From the IMG/VR virus record IMGVR_UViG_3300020349_000356, positions 1 to 42,516 of that record: DNA of 42,516 bases; one strand, 5' to 3'. The DNA comes from a virus (lineage: Duplodnaviria > Caudoviricetes). The first letter of the stretch is position 1, and every line of letters begins with the position of its first letter. The position numbers and the translations under genes are program-made. The notes under the pieces are model-generated. The model worked only from the letters and a program-made list of their open reading frames with translations. It ran no database searches and was not told the origin of the DNA. Below, piece by piece: positions 1 to 8,658 of this stretch.

Positions 1-673
1 TTCGAATTTGGTTAGTGCTCAAAACAGAAAAAGATTATATTGGACTAATATCCCGTTTGATAAAAATATTGAGGATAAAAAAATTGTCCTGCAAGATATC
101 TTAGAAGACGGACTATCCGACGAGCGAATGACTAGCAATGGCAAGGCGCATTGTTTAACTGCTAGATATCAAGGCGCCGTTTATTGGAATTCAATTGAAC
201 GTAACCAACGGACAATGGTTCTAATAGATAACCCGACGACATCTCCAACAGGTATGAAAAGAATTGGAATGGCGACTGATATAAACGGGCACGACATTTT
301 AAAGCGTGTTTATTCCGTCGAGGGTAAGTCACCAACGCTTAATGCTCACGGTGGCGGTAATACTGAACCAAAAATAGGCATAGGCGCTCTGAGAGGACGT
401 AAAAAGCCTAATGAAGTAAAGTATAACCAACAATACGAAATGCGCTTTGACGACAAGTCTAACGCTCTTACAAGCGTACAATCTGACAATCACTTAATTA
501 AGCAGGAAACCGACAAATATAGTTGGCGTAAGCTAACGCCTGTTGAATGCGAGAGATTGCAGAACGTACCCGATAATTACACTAACCACGTAAGCAAAAC
601 CCAACGTTATAAAATGATTGGTAACGGTTGGACTATCGGGATTATTAAACACATTTTAGAAGGGATGAAATGA
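1..673 (+). CDS. C5-cytosine DNA methyltransferase, C-terminal part (5'-truncated by window edge)
   Basis: Frame open from position 2 (SNLVSAQNRKRLYW = motif VIII, Q-x-R-x-R); RKLTPVECERLQ (motif IX) and YKMIGNGW (motif X); catalytic PC motif absent from window. Confidence 0.9.
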   Translation, partial: SNLVSAQNRKRLYWTNIPFDKNIEDKKIVLQDILEDGLSDERMTSNGKAHCLTARYQGAVYWNSIERNQRTMVLIDNPTTSPTGMKRIGMATDINGHDILKRVYSVEGKSPTLNAHGGGNTEPKIGIGALRGRKKPNEVKYNQQYEMRFDDKSNALTSVQSDNHLIKQETDKYSWRKLTPVECERLQNVPDNYTNHVSKTQRYKMIGNGWTIGIIKHILEGMK

Positions 674-891
674 CTAAAATATTCGCAAAAATAGTTGACG
701 AGGACGGCGGAAAATCCGTCGTCTTCGGCACCGAAAAAGACGTTCCCGAATGGGAAGAACAATTTCGTGAGTGGGAAGAGGAAGAGGATTTCTCAACCGA
801 CGGCGATAGCATACAGGAAGTAGGAACGACAGACGACGTCGAAAAATTACTTTCTAATATAAACCAACTAATAGAGGACAATTATGAGTAA
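670..891 (+). CDS. Small highly acidic early protein (73 aa)
   Basis: Start overlaps the MTase stop (ATGA); 23 D/E versus 6 K/R. Confidence 0.7.
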   Translation: MTKIFAKIVDEDGGKSVVFGTEKDVPEWEEQFREWEEEEDFSTDGDSIQEVGTTDDVEKLLSNINQLIEDNYE

Positions 892-1075
892 ACCATCGAA
901 TGACAATCAAAAGGACGTCGTAAAATTAAACGTCGTGATCGAAATTGATATCACTAACGAGCCGATATCTAAGTTTGAAAAGCGAGACGACATCCAATTG
1001 AAATCACTTGTAGCGACACACATTCTAAATAATTCTGCGGACGTCATAGACGTAGCGTTGAAGAAAGTTCGTTAG
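884..1075 (+). CDS. Hypothetical early protein (63 aa)
   Basis: GAGG RBS, overlaps upstream stop, ends immediately before hammerhead 1. Confidence 0.7.
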   Translation: MSKPSNDNQKDVVKLNVVIEIDITNEPISKFEKRDDIQLKSLVATHILNNSADVIDVALKKVR

Positions 1076-1076
1076 T

Positions 1077-1136
1077 CGGCGAAACAGGGTGCCCTCGGGT
1101 GCCCTGTCTGTCCCATATAGGGGCACTGATGAGCCG
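1077..1136 (+). ncRNA. Hammerhead ribozyme 1 (type II permutation)
   Basis: Stem II CGGC(1077-80)/GCCG(1133-36); GAAA 1081-84; stem III ACAGGGUGCC/GGUGCCCUGU with 2 GU pairs; GUC triplet 1106-08; stem I UGUCCC/GGGGCA with loop AUAUA; core CUGAUGA 1126-32. Confidence 0.92.
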
Positions 1137-1155
1137 TGAAAGGAGGTGATTATCA

Positions 1156-1371
1156 TTGAGTAATGTTTTATTTCCCGAGCAAGATATCTCGGATTTAAAA
1201 GCTGAACAAACAGAACCCAAAGAATATATGAGTTGGATTGAAGCTCGACGTACGATCGAAGAGGTCATTAACGAAGTTATTGACGCTGAGAGAGACTGCG
1301 TTGGCGGTGGCGCTGCGGAAAGTCGCATCAAGAAAATTCAAGATTCTTGGACTCGTATTTTGCAAGGCTAA
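1156..1371 (+). CDS. Hypothetical early protein (71 aa, TTG start)
   Basis: Strong RBS AGGAGGT at 1141-47. Confidence 0.75.
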   Translation: MSNVLFPEQDISDLKAEQTEPKEYMSWIEARRTIEEVINEVIDAERDCVGGGAAESRIKKIQDSWTRILQG

Positions 1372-1394
1372 ACGTAAACAAACAGGAGTGCTAA

Positions 1395-1514
1395 ATGAAT
1401 AAGCAACTTTACGACTCCTGCAAGAATGTCCAGGTGCCATTGTATCCCGAGATGCCGTGGCGTCTGATTGGGTTTATTATAATAATATTCCTAATAATTC
1501 TTGCTAACATTTAG
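1395..1514 (+). CDS. Small membrane protein (39 aa; not in ORF track)
   Basis: AGGAG RBS at 1384-88; MNKQLYDSCKNVQVPLYPEMPWRLIGFIIIIFLIILANI with a C-terminal hydrophobic helix. Confidence 0.65.
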   Translation: MNKQLYDSCKNVQVPLYPEMPWRLIGFIIIIFLIILANI

Positions 1515-1538
1515 GTCGTCCTTATGCCCATTGGGGGG
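1509..1538 (+). promoter_or_regulatory. Candidate phage RNAP promoter P1
   Basis: ATTTAGGTCGTCCTTATGCCCA matches 5622-5643 at 20/22; followed by TTGGGGGG. Confidence 0.55.
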
Positions 1539-1544
1539 TCAAAT

Positions 1545-1592
1545 GTATACTATAGACTTAAAGTATACGTTAAGACTCTCTAATGGTCTTAA
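1545..1592. repeat. Two adjacent inverted repeats upstream of integrase
   Basis: GTATACT(1545-51)/AGTATAC(1562-68) and TTAAGAC(1570-76)/GTCTTAA(1586-92). Confidence 0.6.
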
Positions 1593-1625
1593 GGTTATAC
1601 AAACAGTAGACGAAAGGAAAAACTA

Positions 1626-2696
1626 ATGTCCGTATATAAGAGAAACGATAGTCCGTACTATTGGATGTCATTGCCCGTGGTAGATGACAGAGGGAATATC
1701 GTGAGATACCACAAGCAGTCCACGAAAAGAACACGGTTAGATGAGGCTAAAGAGGTCTTTCGTAGAGCCAACAAGCAGAGCCTTGATGAGGTGCAGCTCG
1801 ACCGACGTAAGAGAATATCAATCGGTGAAGTGGCGAGACAATACATCCTGGAACTTAAGATGTCGGGTCGCCCTGCTTTTAAAGACTATCAATCAATTTT
1901 AAACAAATTATCTCGCCTGGAATTTGACTTGCCGATACAAAGGCTAGACCGCAGCTTTTTACAGATGATCAAACAGAAAAGGATCACTGATGGTTTGAAC
2001 CCGTCGTCAATCAACAATGAAATAACATTTTGGATTGCCTGTTTTAATAAGGCACAAAATGATTATGATTGTGATTTAAACAAACAGAATTTTAAAAAAC
2101 TAAAACTAAAGACGGTGAGAAAAACTAGATATCTATTAGACGGTGAGGAAGAGGATCTGTTCGAACATTTACCGCCGTCGGACTCAAGAGATTTAGTTAT
2201 CTTACTATTAGATACAGGTGCCCGTATCAATGAGGTCTGTTCATTGACGTGGGACTCTGTCGCTGCGGATCTGACTACAATAAATTTTTACAGAACCAAA
2301 GTGCAAAACGAAGGACTCATCTTTACTACAGATAGAGTCAAAGAAGTTTTATCAAGACGTAAGACCAACGGAAGTATTTATGTCTTTCCTTCCAGGTGTG
2401 GAACTAAGCCACGTGGATATTCCACAAGGACTATATGTGACGCTATCGAATTGGCAGGACTGAATGCATACCACAAGGTCGAGCGTTACGGTAAATTTAC
2501 TCCGCATTCTTTTCGTCACACATTCGCATCCCGTTTGGTGCAAGGTGGTGTATCTCTCTATGCGGTAAGTAAACTACTTGGTCATTCTGATATTCAGATG
2601 ACTCAACGGTACGCCCACCTTGTGCCAAATGAAGAGGCCCAACAGGCAGCGGATCTACTGACGAGACGTGCAATTATGAGGTCACGTTATGGCTAA
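1626..2696 (+). CDS. int: Tyrosine recombinase / phage integrase
   Basis: Full catalytic set: TGARINE (R), RTK (K), HSFRH, LLGHS, RYAH (Y); N-terminus resembling an arm-binding domain. Confidence 0.95.
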   Translation: MSVYKRNDSPYYWMSLPVVDDRGNIVRYHKQSTKRTRLDEAKEVFRRANKQSLDEVQLDRRKRISIGEVARQYILELKMSGRPAFKDYQSILNKLSRLEFDLPIQRLDRSFLQMIKQKRITDGLNPSSINNEITFWIACFNKAQNDYDCDLNKQNFKKLKLKTVRKTRYLLDGEEEDLFEHLPPSDSRDLVILLLDTGARINEVCSLTWDSVAADLTTINFYRTKVQNEGLIFTTDRVKEVLSRRKTNGSIYVFPSRCGTKPRGYSTRTICDAIELAGLNAYHKVERYGKFTPHSFRHTFASRLVQGGVSLYAVSKLLGHSDIQMTQRYAHLVPNEEAQQAADLLTRRAIMRSRYG

Positions 2697-2871
2697 AGAA
2701 TTCAAACTCGACGACAGACTCGAATGCGTCGTGACGAAACTCAAAGAGTATCGGCGCAAACAATACGATGCTGAATGGAACGAGGATGATAGGTCTGAAT
2801 ACTACAGGCAACAGGCAGACCACTATCAAAACCTGTTGCTGAATGGGATTGTTTTACATCCGAAATTTTAA
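2689..2871 (+). CDS. Hypothetical protein (60 aa)
   Basis: GAGG RBS, overlaps end of int. Confidence 0.65.
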   Translation: MAKEFKLDDRLECVVTKLKEYRRKQYDAEWNEDDRSEYYRQQADHYQNLLLNGIVLHPKF

Positions 2872-2885
2872 CGAAAGGAGCACTT

Positions 2886-3119
2886 ATGTATGACACTATA
2901 ATGATTTCTGTATGTAATTGGTGTATCGATTTTTTAAGAAAGGTTGCCGAGATTACAGGATTCAGCTACGAAGAAATCAATGTTTGGTTGTTTATTATTA
3001 TTCAACCTGGATTGATTGTTTTTTACTACTTGAGAGCAAGGCATTGGAAACGACAAGCACAGAAAAGTATGTCCGATGTCCGAAAATTAATACAAACAAC
3101 ACTCGAAAGGAAAAAATAG
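2886..3119 (+). CDS. Hypothetical membrane protein (77 aa)
   Basis: GAAAGGAG RBS; hydrophobic INVWLFIIIQPGLIVFYYL. Confidence 0.7.
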   Translation: MYDTIMISVCNWCIDFLRKVAEITGFSYEEINVWLFIIIQPGLIVFYYLRARHWKRQAQKSMSDVRKLIQTTLERKK

Positions 3120-3120
3120 T

Positions 3121-5619
3121 ATGTCCGAATCAATGCAAACTCAATTAGCCACGTTGTTGAAAGACACGTTCCAAGAAGAAAAGGAACAGGTCAATTTCGA
3201 AATGGCTGCCATCAACGAAGGTGTTGAAAAGTTTCGACGCCTGTTAGTTGATAAACAAACCCGACTCGTAGATACAGGAGTCGGTCGGGAAATTTTTAAA
3301 GATCAAATGTCTTTACTAATTCCTGCCATCAAACGTGAGCAAGAGATTGCTATTGAAGGTATCGCCAACAGTGGACGTGGAGTCCGTCCTGTTTGGTGGT
3401 GGTATCTACCACAGGTAGAAGCAGACAAACTTGCTTACCTTTCCATTAAAAATTTACTGTCTATTCGTATGTCAGATAACGGTTTAGGCAGACCCGCAAG
3501 AACCATTTGTATGAATATCGGTCTAGCCGTAAAGCAACAGATGGAATTCGAAAAATGGTTGCGGGAAAGTAAACAGACGAGCAAGACCACGGGCACTCCC
3601 GACGTGGCAGCTCGTCTGTTGCGAAGGGCTAAGAATTTTAATCAAAGGCAGTGGGGTAATTGGACTCGTAAACTACAAGCCATTGAGACATTGGATTGGA
3701 GACGTGACGTAAAGATGCACGTCGGATCTAAACTATTAAAGATACTGATTGAAGAGTCGGGCGGGTTCTTCGAAATGAAATACGTTCAGATGAGAAACAA
3801 GACTGAGCGTCAAATATTTTTGTCTGAACTTTGTCGTAAGATGATTGAAGATATTAATAATGATATCGGATACAACAGTCCGTCATTGCGACCGATGTTG
3901 ATACCGCCGAGAGGATGGTATTGGGACTTACAGAATAAAAGATATGTCGGTGGATATTATATGATACCGATTGATTTTATTCGTGGTGGTTTACATAAAC
4001 ACACGGCGTCCCTAGAAAATCCATTAGCAAAAGAAACCATCACCGCAGCAAATCAACTTGGTAAGGTTCCTTTTATTGTTGATACAGATATGCGTGATGT
4101 AGCACGTGAGGTCTACAACGCTGATCTAAATCTAATTGAATGTATGCCATCACCAAACGCAGAGAAACTCCCACCGAAATTAGATGATGAGACGTGGGAA
4201 AAAATGAACAAGCAACAACGTGCAGAATATAAATATAATTTGTCAAAGATACACGGACGTAATGCACAGGAGATGTCAAAACGTGAAGCCGTAATTCGTA
4301 AGTTAAAACTTATGGATCAGATTGGTGAGCGTCCTGTGTATCACGTAATTAAATGTGATAGTCGAACACGTATGTATTACGTCACTCCCGATTGGAATCC
4401 ACAGGCTGATAGTCTTGGTCGAGGAACAATGAGGTTCGGCGATTCACAAGAATTAGGTAAGCGTGGATTGTATTGGCTTGGTATCAAACTTGCGAACACA
4501 TATGGTTATGACAAGACGAAGTTTGATGATATGCAGAATTGGGTCAAAGATCATACTGAAGAAATTTTAGACTCAGCTAATCAACCATTCGATGGTAATA
4601 AATTTTGGACAACGGCTGATAAAGAGTTAGAGTTTCTACAAAGCTGCGTGGAATATCGCAATGCTATCAATTCTGAGAATCCCGAAAAATATAAATCCAA
4701 TATAATTGTACACCAAGACGGTAGTAACAATGGACTACAAATTTTAAGTTTGATTGGTCGTGATCCTGTCGGCGCCAGGCTGACCAACTGCACGTCTAGT
4801 CCCGAACGTTTTGATATCTATGACAACGTCGCTGAAGTTGTAAAAGAACTTGTTAATGAAGATATCAAGATGGGATTAAACCTAGACAAGGCAAGGCGTT
4901 GGGTCGGTAACATTACACGTAAGACGGCGAAACGTGCCACGATGACTACAAGCTATGGTGTGACTCCGAGAGGTATACAGGATCAATTAATTAATGATGG
5001 TTTCTGTGACAAACTCGAAGGTGGTCGATTGGAAAATGCTGCATACCTTCGAGATAAATTAGTTATAGCACTCGAACAAACAGTAGTCGCATCCAAACCT
5101 ATAATGGCTTACTTCCAAGAGGTGGCTACTTCACTTGCTGAGTTTGATATACCACTTAAATGGCAAACACCTGTCGGTAGCGTGGTTCAACAATCATATT
5201 GGAATATCGCAAAGTCTGACGTTAAGACGGTGATGGGTTCGTACTTTATGTGGGATGAGAATGCCGAAGGCGGTGGACTGAATTCCAGGAAACAAATGCT
5301 ATCAAGTTCACCAAATGTTATTCATAGTTTGGACGCATCCATATTGCAGAGAGTTATTGTCAGACTAAACAAGAAAGGTGTCCACTGTATTGCAGCCGTT
5401 CACGATTCATTTGGTGTTCATCCTTGTAATGTAGACTTATTGAGAGACACCATTAGAGAAGTGGTCGTTGAGATGTTTAGAGGTGATTGGTTAAGAGAAC
5501 AATTTCATCCTTTTGTTGAAGAAACTTTTTCAAATGGTAAGGTGGAATTACCCGAACCACCAAAACAAGGAGAGTTCGATATTAATGAGGTACTAAATGC
5601 AGAATACTTTTTCGCTTAA
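3121..5619 (+). CDS. T7-like single-subunit DNA-directed RNA polymerase
   Basis: PMLIPPRGW, DSRTRMY, motif A HQDGSNNGLQ, motif B RKTAKRATMTTSYG, PNVIHSLD, motif C VHDSFG, C-terminal YFFA. Confidence 0.98.
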   Translation: MSESMQTQLATLLKDTFQEEKEQVNFEMAAINEGVEKFRRLLVDKQTRLVDTGVGREIFKDQMSLLIPAIKREQEIAIEGIANSGRGVRPVWWWYLPQVEADKLAYLSIKNLLSIRMSDNGLGRPARTICMNIGLAVKQQMEFEKWLRESKQTSKTTGTPDVAARLLRRAKNFNQRQWGNWTRKLQAIETLDWRRDVKMHVGSKLLKILIEESGGFFEMKYVQMRNKTERQIFLSELCRKMIEDINNDIGYNSPSLRPMLIPPRGWYWDLQNKRYVGGYYMIPIDFIRGGLHKHTASLENPLAKETITAANQLGKVPFIVDTDMRDVAREVYNADLNLIECMPSPNAEKLPPKLDDETWEKMNKQQRAEYKYNLSKIHGRNAQEMSKREAVIRKLKLMDQIGERPVYHVIKCDSRTRMYYVTPDWNPQADSLGRGTMRFGDSQELGKRGLYWLGIKLANTYGYDKTKFDDMQNWVKDHTEEILDSANQPFDGNKFWTTADKELEFLQSCVEYRNAINSENPEKYKSNIIVHQDGSNNGLQILSLIGRDPVGARLTNCTSSPERFDIYDNVAEVVKELVNEDIKMGLNLDKARRWVGNITRKTAKRATMTTSYGVTPRGIQDQLINDGFCDKLEGGRLENAAYLRDKLVIALEQTVVASKPIMAYFQEVATSLAEFDIPLKWQTPVGSVVQQSYWNIAKSDVKTVMGSYFMWDENAEGGGLNSRKQMLSSSPNVIHSLDASILQRVIVRLNKKGVHCIAAVHDSFGVHPCNVDLLRDTIREVVVEMFRGDWLREQFHPFVEETFSNGKVELPEPPKQGEFDINEVLNAEYFFA

Positions 5620-5621
5620 TT

Positions 5622-5646
5622 ATTTAGGGCATCCTTATGCCCAAGC
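5622..5646 (+). promoter_or_regulatory. Candidate phage RNAP promoter P2
   Basis: ATTTAGGGCATCCTTATGCCCA directly after the RNAP stop, where the first T7-like class II promoter is expected; 20/22 to P1. Confidence 0.55.
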
Positions 5647-5825
5647 ATAATGTAAAATATAGTAGGGAACTCGAAGAGTTAATCGTCGAAGCCTATCATA
5701 TTTATGAAAGCGAAGGAGCACTGCCTGTTGACGTGTTGGCGTCACTCGCAGCTAACGGAATAAACATTGCTAAATTTTTAGATGAATGTTTATACCATTT
5801 ACCAACAGAACCAACCGTACATTAA
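5637..5825 (+). CDS. Hypothetical protein (62 aa)
   Basis: Fills the RNAP-SSB gap; start uncertain because the ATG lies inside the P2 motif. Confidence 0.55.
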   Translation: MPKHNVKYSRELEELIVEAYHIYESEGALPVDVLASLAANGINIAKFLDECLYHLPTEPTVH

Positions 5826-5836
5826 GGAGTAAAAGT

Positions 5837-6397
5837 ATGGCTAAAAAGCAACTACAAATAGTAGTCTCACCCGTAGCAACCGCAGCATACGCTTGGTTAG
5901 CGAAACCCGATGAAGGACAGGAGTATTCTGATGGCAAGTATAAAGTTACACTTGTATTTGATGCTAAAGATAAATCCGTGTCTGAATTCATTGAAGACGT
6001 GAGAGAAAAATCTAAAGCAGAAGCTGAAAAAGAATGGGGCAAAATCCCAAAGAATATTCGTTACTGTTTTAAAGACGGTGATGACACCGATAAAGAAGAG
6101 TTTGCAGGTAAAGTAATGATTACCGCAAAGACCAAGTATCAACCTGGATTTGTTGATGCTAAGAAAGTACCACTTGGTGAAGAGGAGTTTCCCGCATCGG
6201 GAGATTTAGTACGTGCATCGTTTGCACTACTGCCCTACAAAGCAGGTGGAAACATTGGTGTTACTGCCCAACTACGAAACGTTATGTTGGTGGAACAACG
6301 TAACTTTGGTGGTAGTCCTTCGAACGACTTCAATGATGTAGAAGTCCAAGAGGATAAAACCGATGAAAAAACAAAAGACTTCGATATCAATATCTAG
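5837..6397 (+). CDS. Single-stranded DNA-binding protein (T7 gp2.5-like)
   Basis: AAGGAG RBS before ATG 5837; YAWLAKPD, GKYKVTL, KDGD, acidic C-tail; synteny. Confidence 0.9.
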   Translation: MAKKQLQIVVSPVATAAYAWLAKPDEGQEYSDGKYKVTLVFDAKDKSVSEFIEDVREKSKAEAEKEWGKIPKNIRYCFKDGDDTDKEEFAGKVMITAKTKYQPGFVDAKKVPLGEEEFPASGDLVRASFALLPYKAGGNIGVTAQLRNVMLVEQRNFGGSPSNDFNDVEVQEDKTDEKTKDFDINI

Positions 6398-6815
6398 TTT
6401 TGTATCGAAATTTAAAAATCTTTTGGGCGAAGACGCAAAGGAATTTGTGATTAATGTTAATCCTGTTCCTGCGTCTCGCCCTAGAGTCACACGTTGGGGT
6501 ACTTATTATGGAAAGAACTATGAAAAATTTCGTAGAGAAGTTCGTGATCAGATACACCAACATAGGGGTAAGCCGACAAATGGAGCAATCGTCGCTTTGA
6601 TTGAAGTCATTTGTCCATTACCTAAAACCGTACAACGGAACTATCCTAGAGGTGACGTTGATAATTATGCCAAAGGGCCACTTGATTCAATGACGAGTCA
6701 AGGTAGCTTTTGGAATGATGACGATCAGATCGTTTTACTAGAAGTGGTAAAAAGATTTGTCACCGAAGGAGAAACGCCCTGTATAAAAGTAACTTATAAT
6801 GAGGCAACTGAATGA
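6363..6815 (+). CDS. rusA: RusA-family Holliday junction resolvase
   Basis: PVPASRPR, GDVDNYAKGPLD (DxDNxxK), WNDDDQIV; occupies the T7 gp3 slot; start uncertain. Confidence 0.85.
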   Translation: MKKQKTSISISSFVSKFKNLLGEDAKEFVINVNPVPASRPRVTRWGTYYGKNYEKFRREVRDQIHQHRGKPTNGAIVALIEVICPLPKTVQRNYPRGDVDNYAKGPLDSMTSQGSFWNDDDQIVLLEVVKRFVTEGETPCIKVTYNEATE

Positions 6816-8371
6816 CAAAAACACACTTACCTTGTCCCGACTGTGGGTCAAGCGATGCGCTGACTGAGTATGATGACCATACGTATTGTTTCTCTTGTGA
6901 AACACACAAATTTCTAGACGATAAAACTAAAGTACCAAACAACTTAATACAAAGTGGTGAGTACTATGATTTAACGGAAAGAAAAATTTCAGAAAAAACG
7001 TGCAAACGTTTTGGATACCGAGTAACGAAAGTAAAAGGTAAAGCCTGTCACATAGCGCCGTACTATAAAGACGGCAAAGTTGTGGCACAAAAACTAAGGT
7101 TTCCGAATAAGCATTTTGAAACACGTGGTGACTTTCAAAGTATAGAACTTTTCGGACAACATCTATGGAAACAAGGTGGTAAACGTTTAGTGATATGCGA
7201 GGGTGAAATTGATGCCCTTTCATATAATGAATGTAATCCCACTTGGCCTGTAGTTTCCATTCCTAACGGAGCACCATCAGCCAAGGCTGCCATATCACGC
7301 AACATAGATTTCATCGAAACTTTTGATGAGGTCACGTTTATGTTTGATGCTGACCCGCAAGGTCAAAAGGCATCTAAAGATTGTTGTGAGATACTTTCAC
7401 CAGGCAAAGCAAGTAACGTTGAGTTACCGTTGAAAGATGTTAATGAGATGTTAAAGGCTAGTCGGGTCAAAGAATTAATATCATCTGTTTATAATGCTAA
7501 ACCGTTAAGACCCGATGGCATTGTAAATGGAAAGGAGATATGGAAAAATGTTAAAGAGCCTATTGCAAAAGGTTTGGACTATCCGTTTCAAGATTTCAAC
7601 AGAGTACTCTTGGGTTGTCGCCCACGTGAGATTGTTACCCTCACGGCTGGAAGCGGCGTTGGAAAGAGCACGTTGGCAGCTCAAATTGCGTATGATATTG
7701 CTATCCGACACAATCAAAAGATTGGGTACGTGGCTTTGGAAGAAAGTTTGGGTCGAACAGGTTTGCGGTTTATGTCGATGGCTATGCAAAAACCTTTGCA
7801 TCTGTCTGAAGAAACAACGGAAAGTGAAAAAAGAAAAGCGTTCGACAAAACTCTAGGTCAAGGTAACTTCTTTTTATATGATCACTTTGGATCTGTAGAG
7901 TCAGACAACTTGATGAACAGATTAAAGTATATGGTCATTGGATGTGGTGTGAAATATTTATTTATTGATCACCTAAGTATTTTATTATCGGGCGCCGAGT
8001 TTATGGCGGTCGGTGGAGACGAGCGTAAACAAATAGATTATGTGATGACAAAACTTAGATCATTCACAGAGCAAACTAATTGCGGAATGTTTTTGATTTG
8101 TCATTTACGTCGAGCCACTTCGTCTGATCAAGGATTCGAAGATGGACTAGACCCAACGCTTTCATCATTACGAGGTAGTCAAAGTATTAGTCAGTTGAGT
8201 GATGCCGTGATTGCCGTTTCAAGAAACACAAGTAAAGGTGAAAACAAAATTAAAATTAGGTGTTTGAAAAACAGACACGTTGGAGTGACAGGAGATATTT
8301 GTGAACTATCTTATAATACCAAAACGGGAATGCTTATGTCCGACGACTTTCAATCGGACTTAGGCATATGA
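6812..8371 (+). CDS. Primase-helicase (T7 gp4-like)
   Basis: Zn finger CPDC...CFSC, TOPRIM ICEGEIDA and FDAD, Walker A AGSGVGKS, FIDHL, LRGS, KNR. Confidence 0.97.
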   Translation: MTKTHLPCPDCGSSDALTEYDDHTYCFSCETHKFLDDKTKVPNNLIQSGEYYDLTERKISEKTCKRFGYRVTKVKGKACHIAPYYKDGKVVAQKLRFPNKHFETRGDFQSIELFGQHLWKQGGKRLVICEGEIDALSYNECNPTWPVVSIPNGAPSAKAAISRNIDFIETFDEVTFMFDADPQGQKASKDCCEILSPGKASNVELPLKDVNEMLKASRVKELISSVYNAKPLRPDGIVNGKEIWKNVKEPIAKGLDYPFQDFNRVLLGCRPREIVTLTAGSGVGKSTLAAQIAYDIAIRHNQKIGYVALEESLGRTGLRFMSMAMQKPLHLSEETTESEKRKAFDKTLGQGNFFLYDHFGSVESDNLMNRLKYMVIGCGVKYLFIDHLSILLSGAEFMAVGGDERKQIDYVMTKLRSFTEQTNCGMFLICHLRRATSSDQGFEDGLDPTLSSLRGSQSISQLSDAVIAVSRNTSKGENKIKIRCLKNRHVGVTGDICELSYNTKTGMLMSDDFQSDLGI

Positions 8372-8658
8372 ATTGGACTCCAGAAGGTAGAAAAAGATTC
8401 AGAAGGAATCGAAGAAAGAAATTGATTGAACACAAAGGCGGACGATGTGAGCGTTGTGGCTTTTGTTATCCTGTCGAGGTGTTTGACTTTCATCACCGAG
8501 ATCCAACTGAGAAAGAATTTAATTTAACTGTTGTAGGTATGGGCGCACGTTCTTGGGAACGTATTGTTGCTGAAGCTGACAAGTGTCATTTGCTTTGTGC
8601 TAACTGCCACAGGATCGTACACGTAAACAAAGAGAAAGGCTTTATAGATGATAACTAA
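8368..8658 (+). CDS. HNH endonuclease
   Basis: CERCG...FDFHH...LLCANCHRIVH. Confidence 0.85.
   Translation: MNWTPEGRKRFRRNRRKKLIEHKGGRCERCGFCYPVEVFDFHHRDPTEKEFNLTVVGMGARSWERIVAEADKCHLLCANCHRIVHVNKEKGFIDDN

Noticed and set aside
5786-5836. Upstream starts given for SSB (5786), exonuclease (10539), 10351 and 11288 ORFs
   Set aside because: RBS, coupling or homologous N-termini favour 5837, 10575, 10369 and 11309
8368-8658. HNH gene as part of a self-splicing intron
   Set aside because: Flanking helicase and polymerase genes are intact and overlap it directly; it is free-standing
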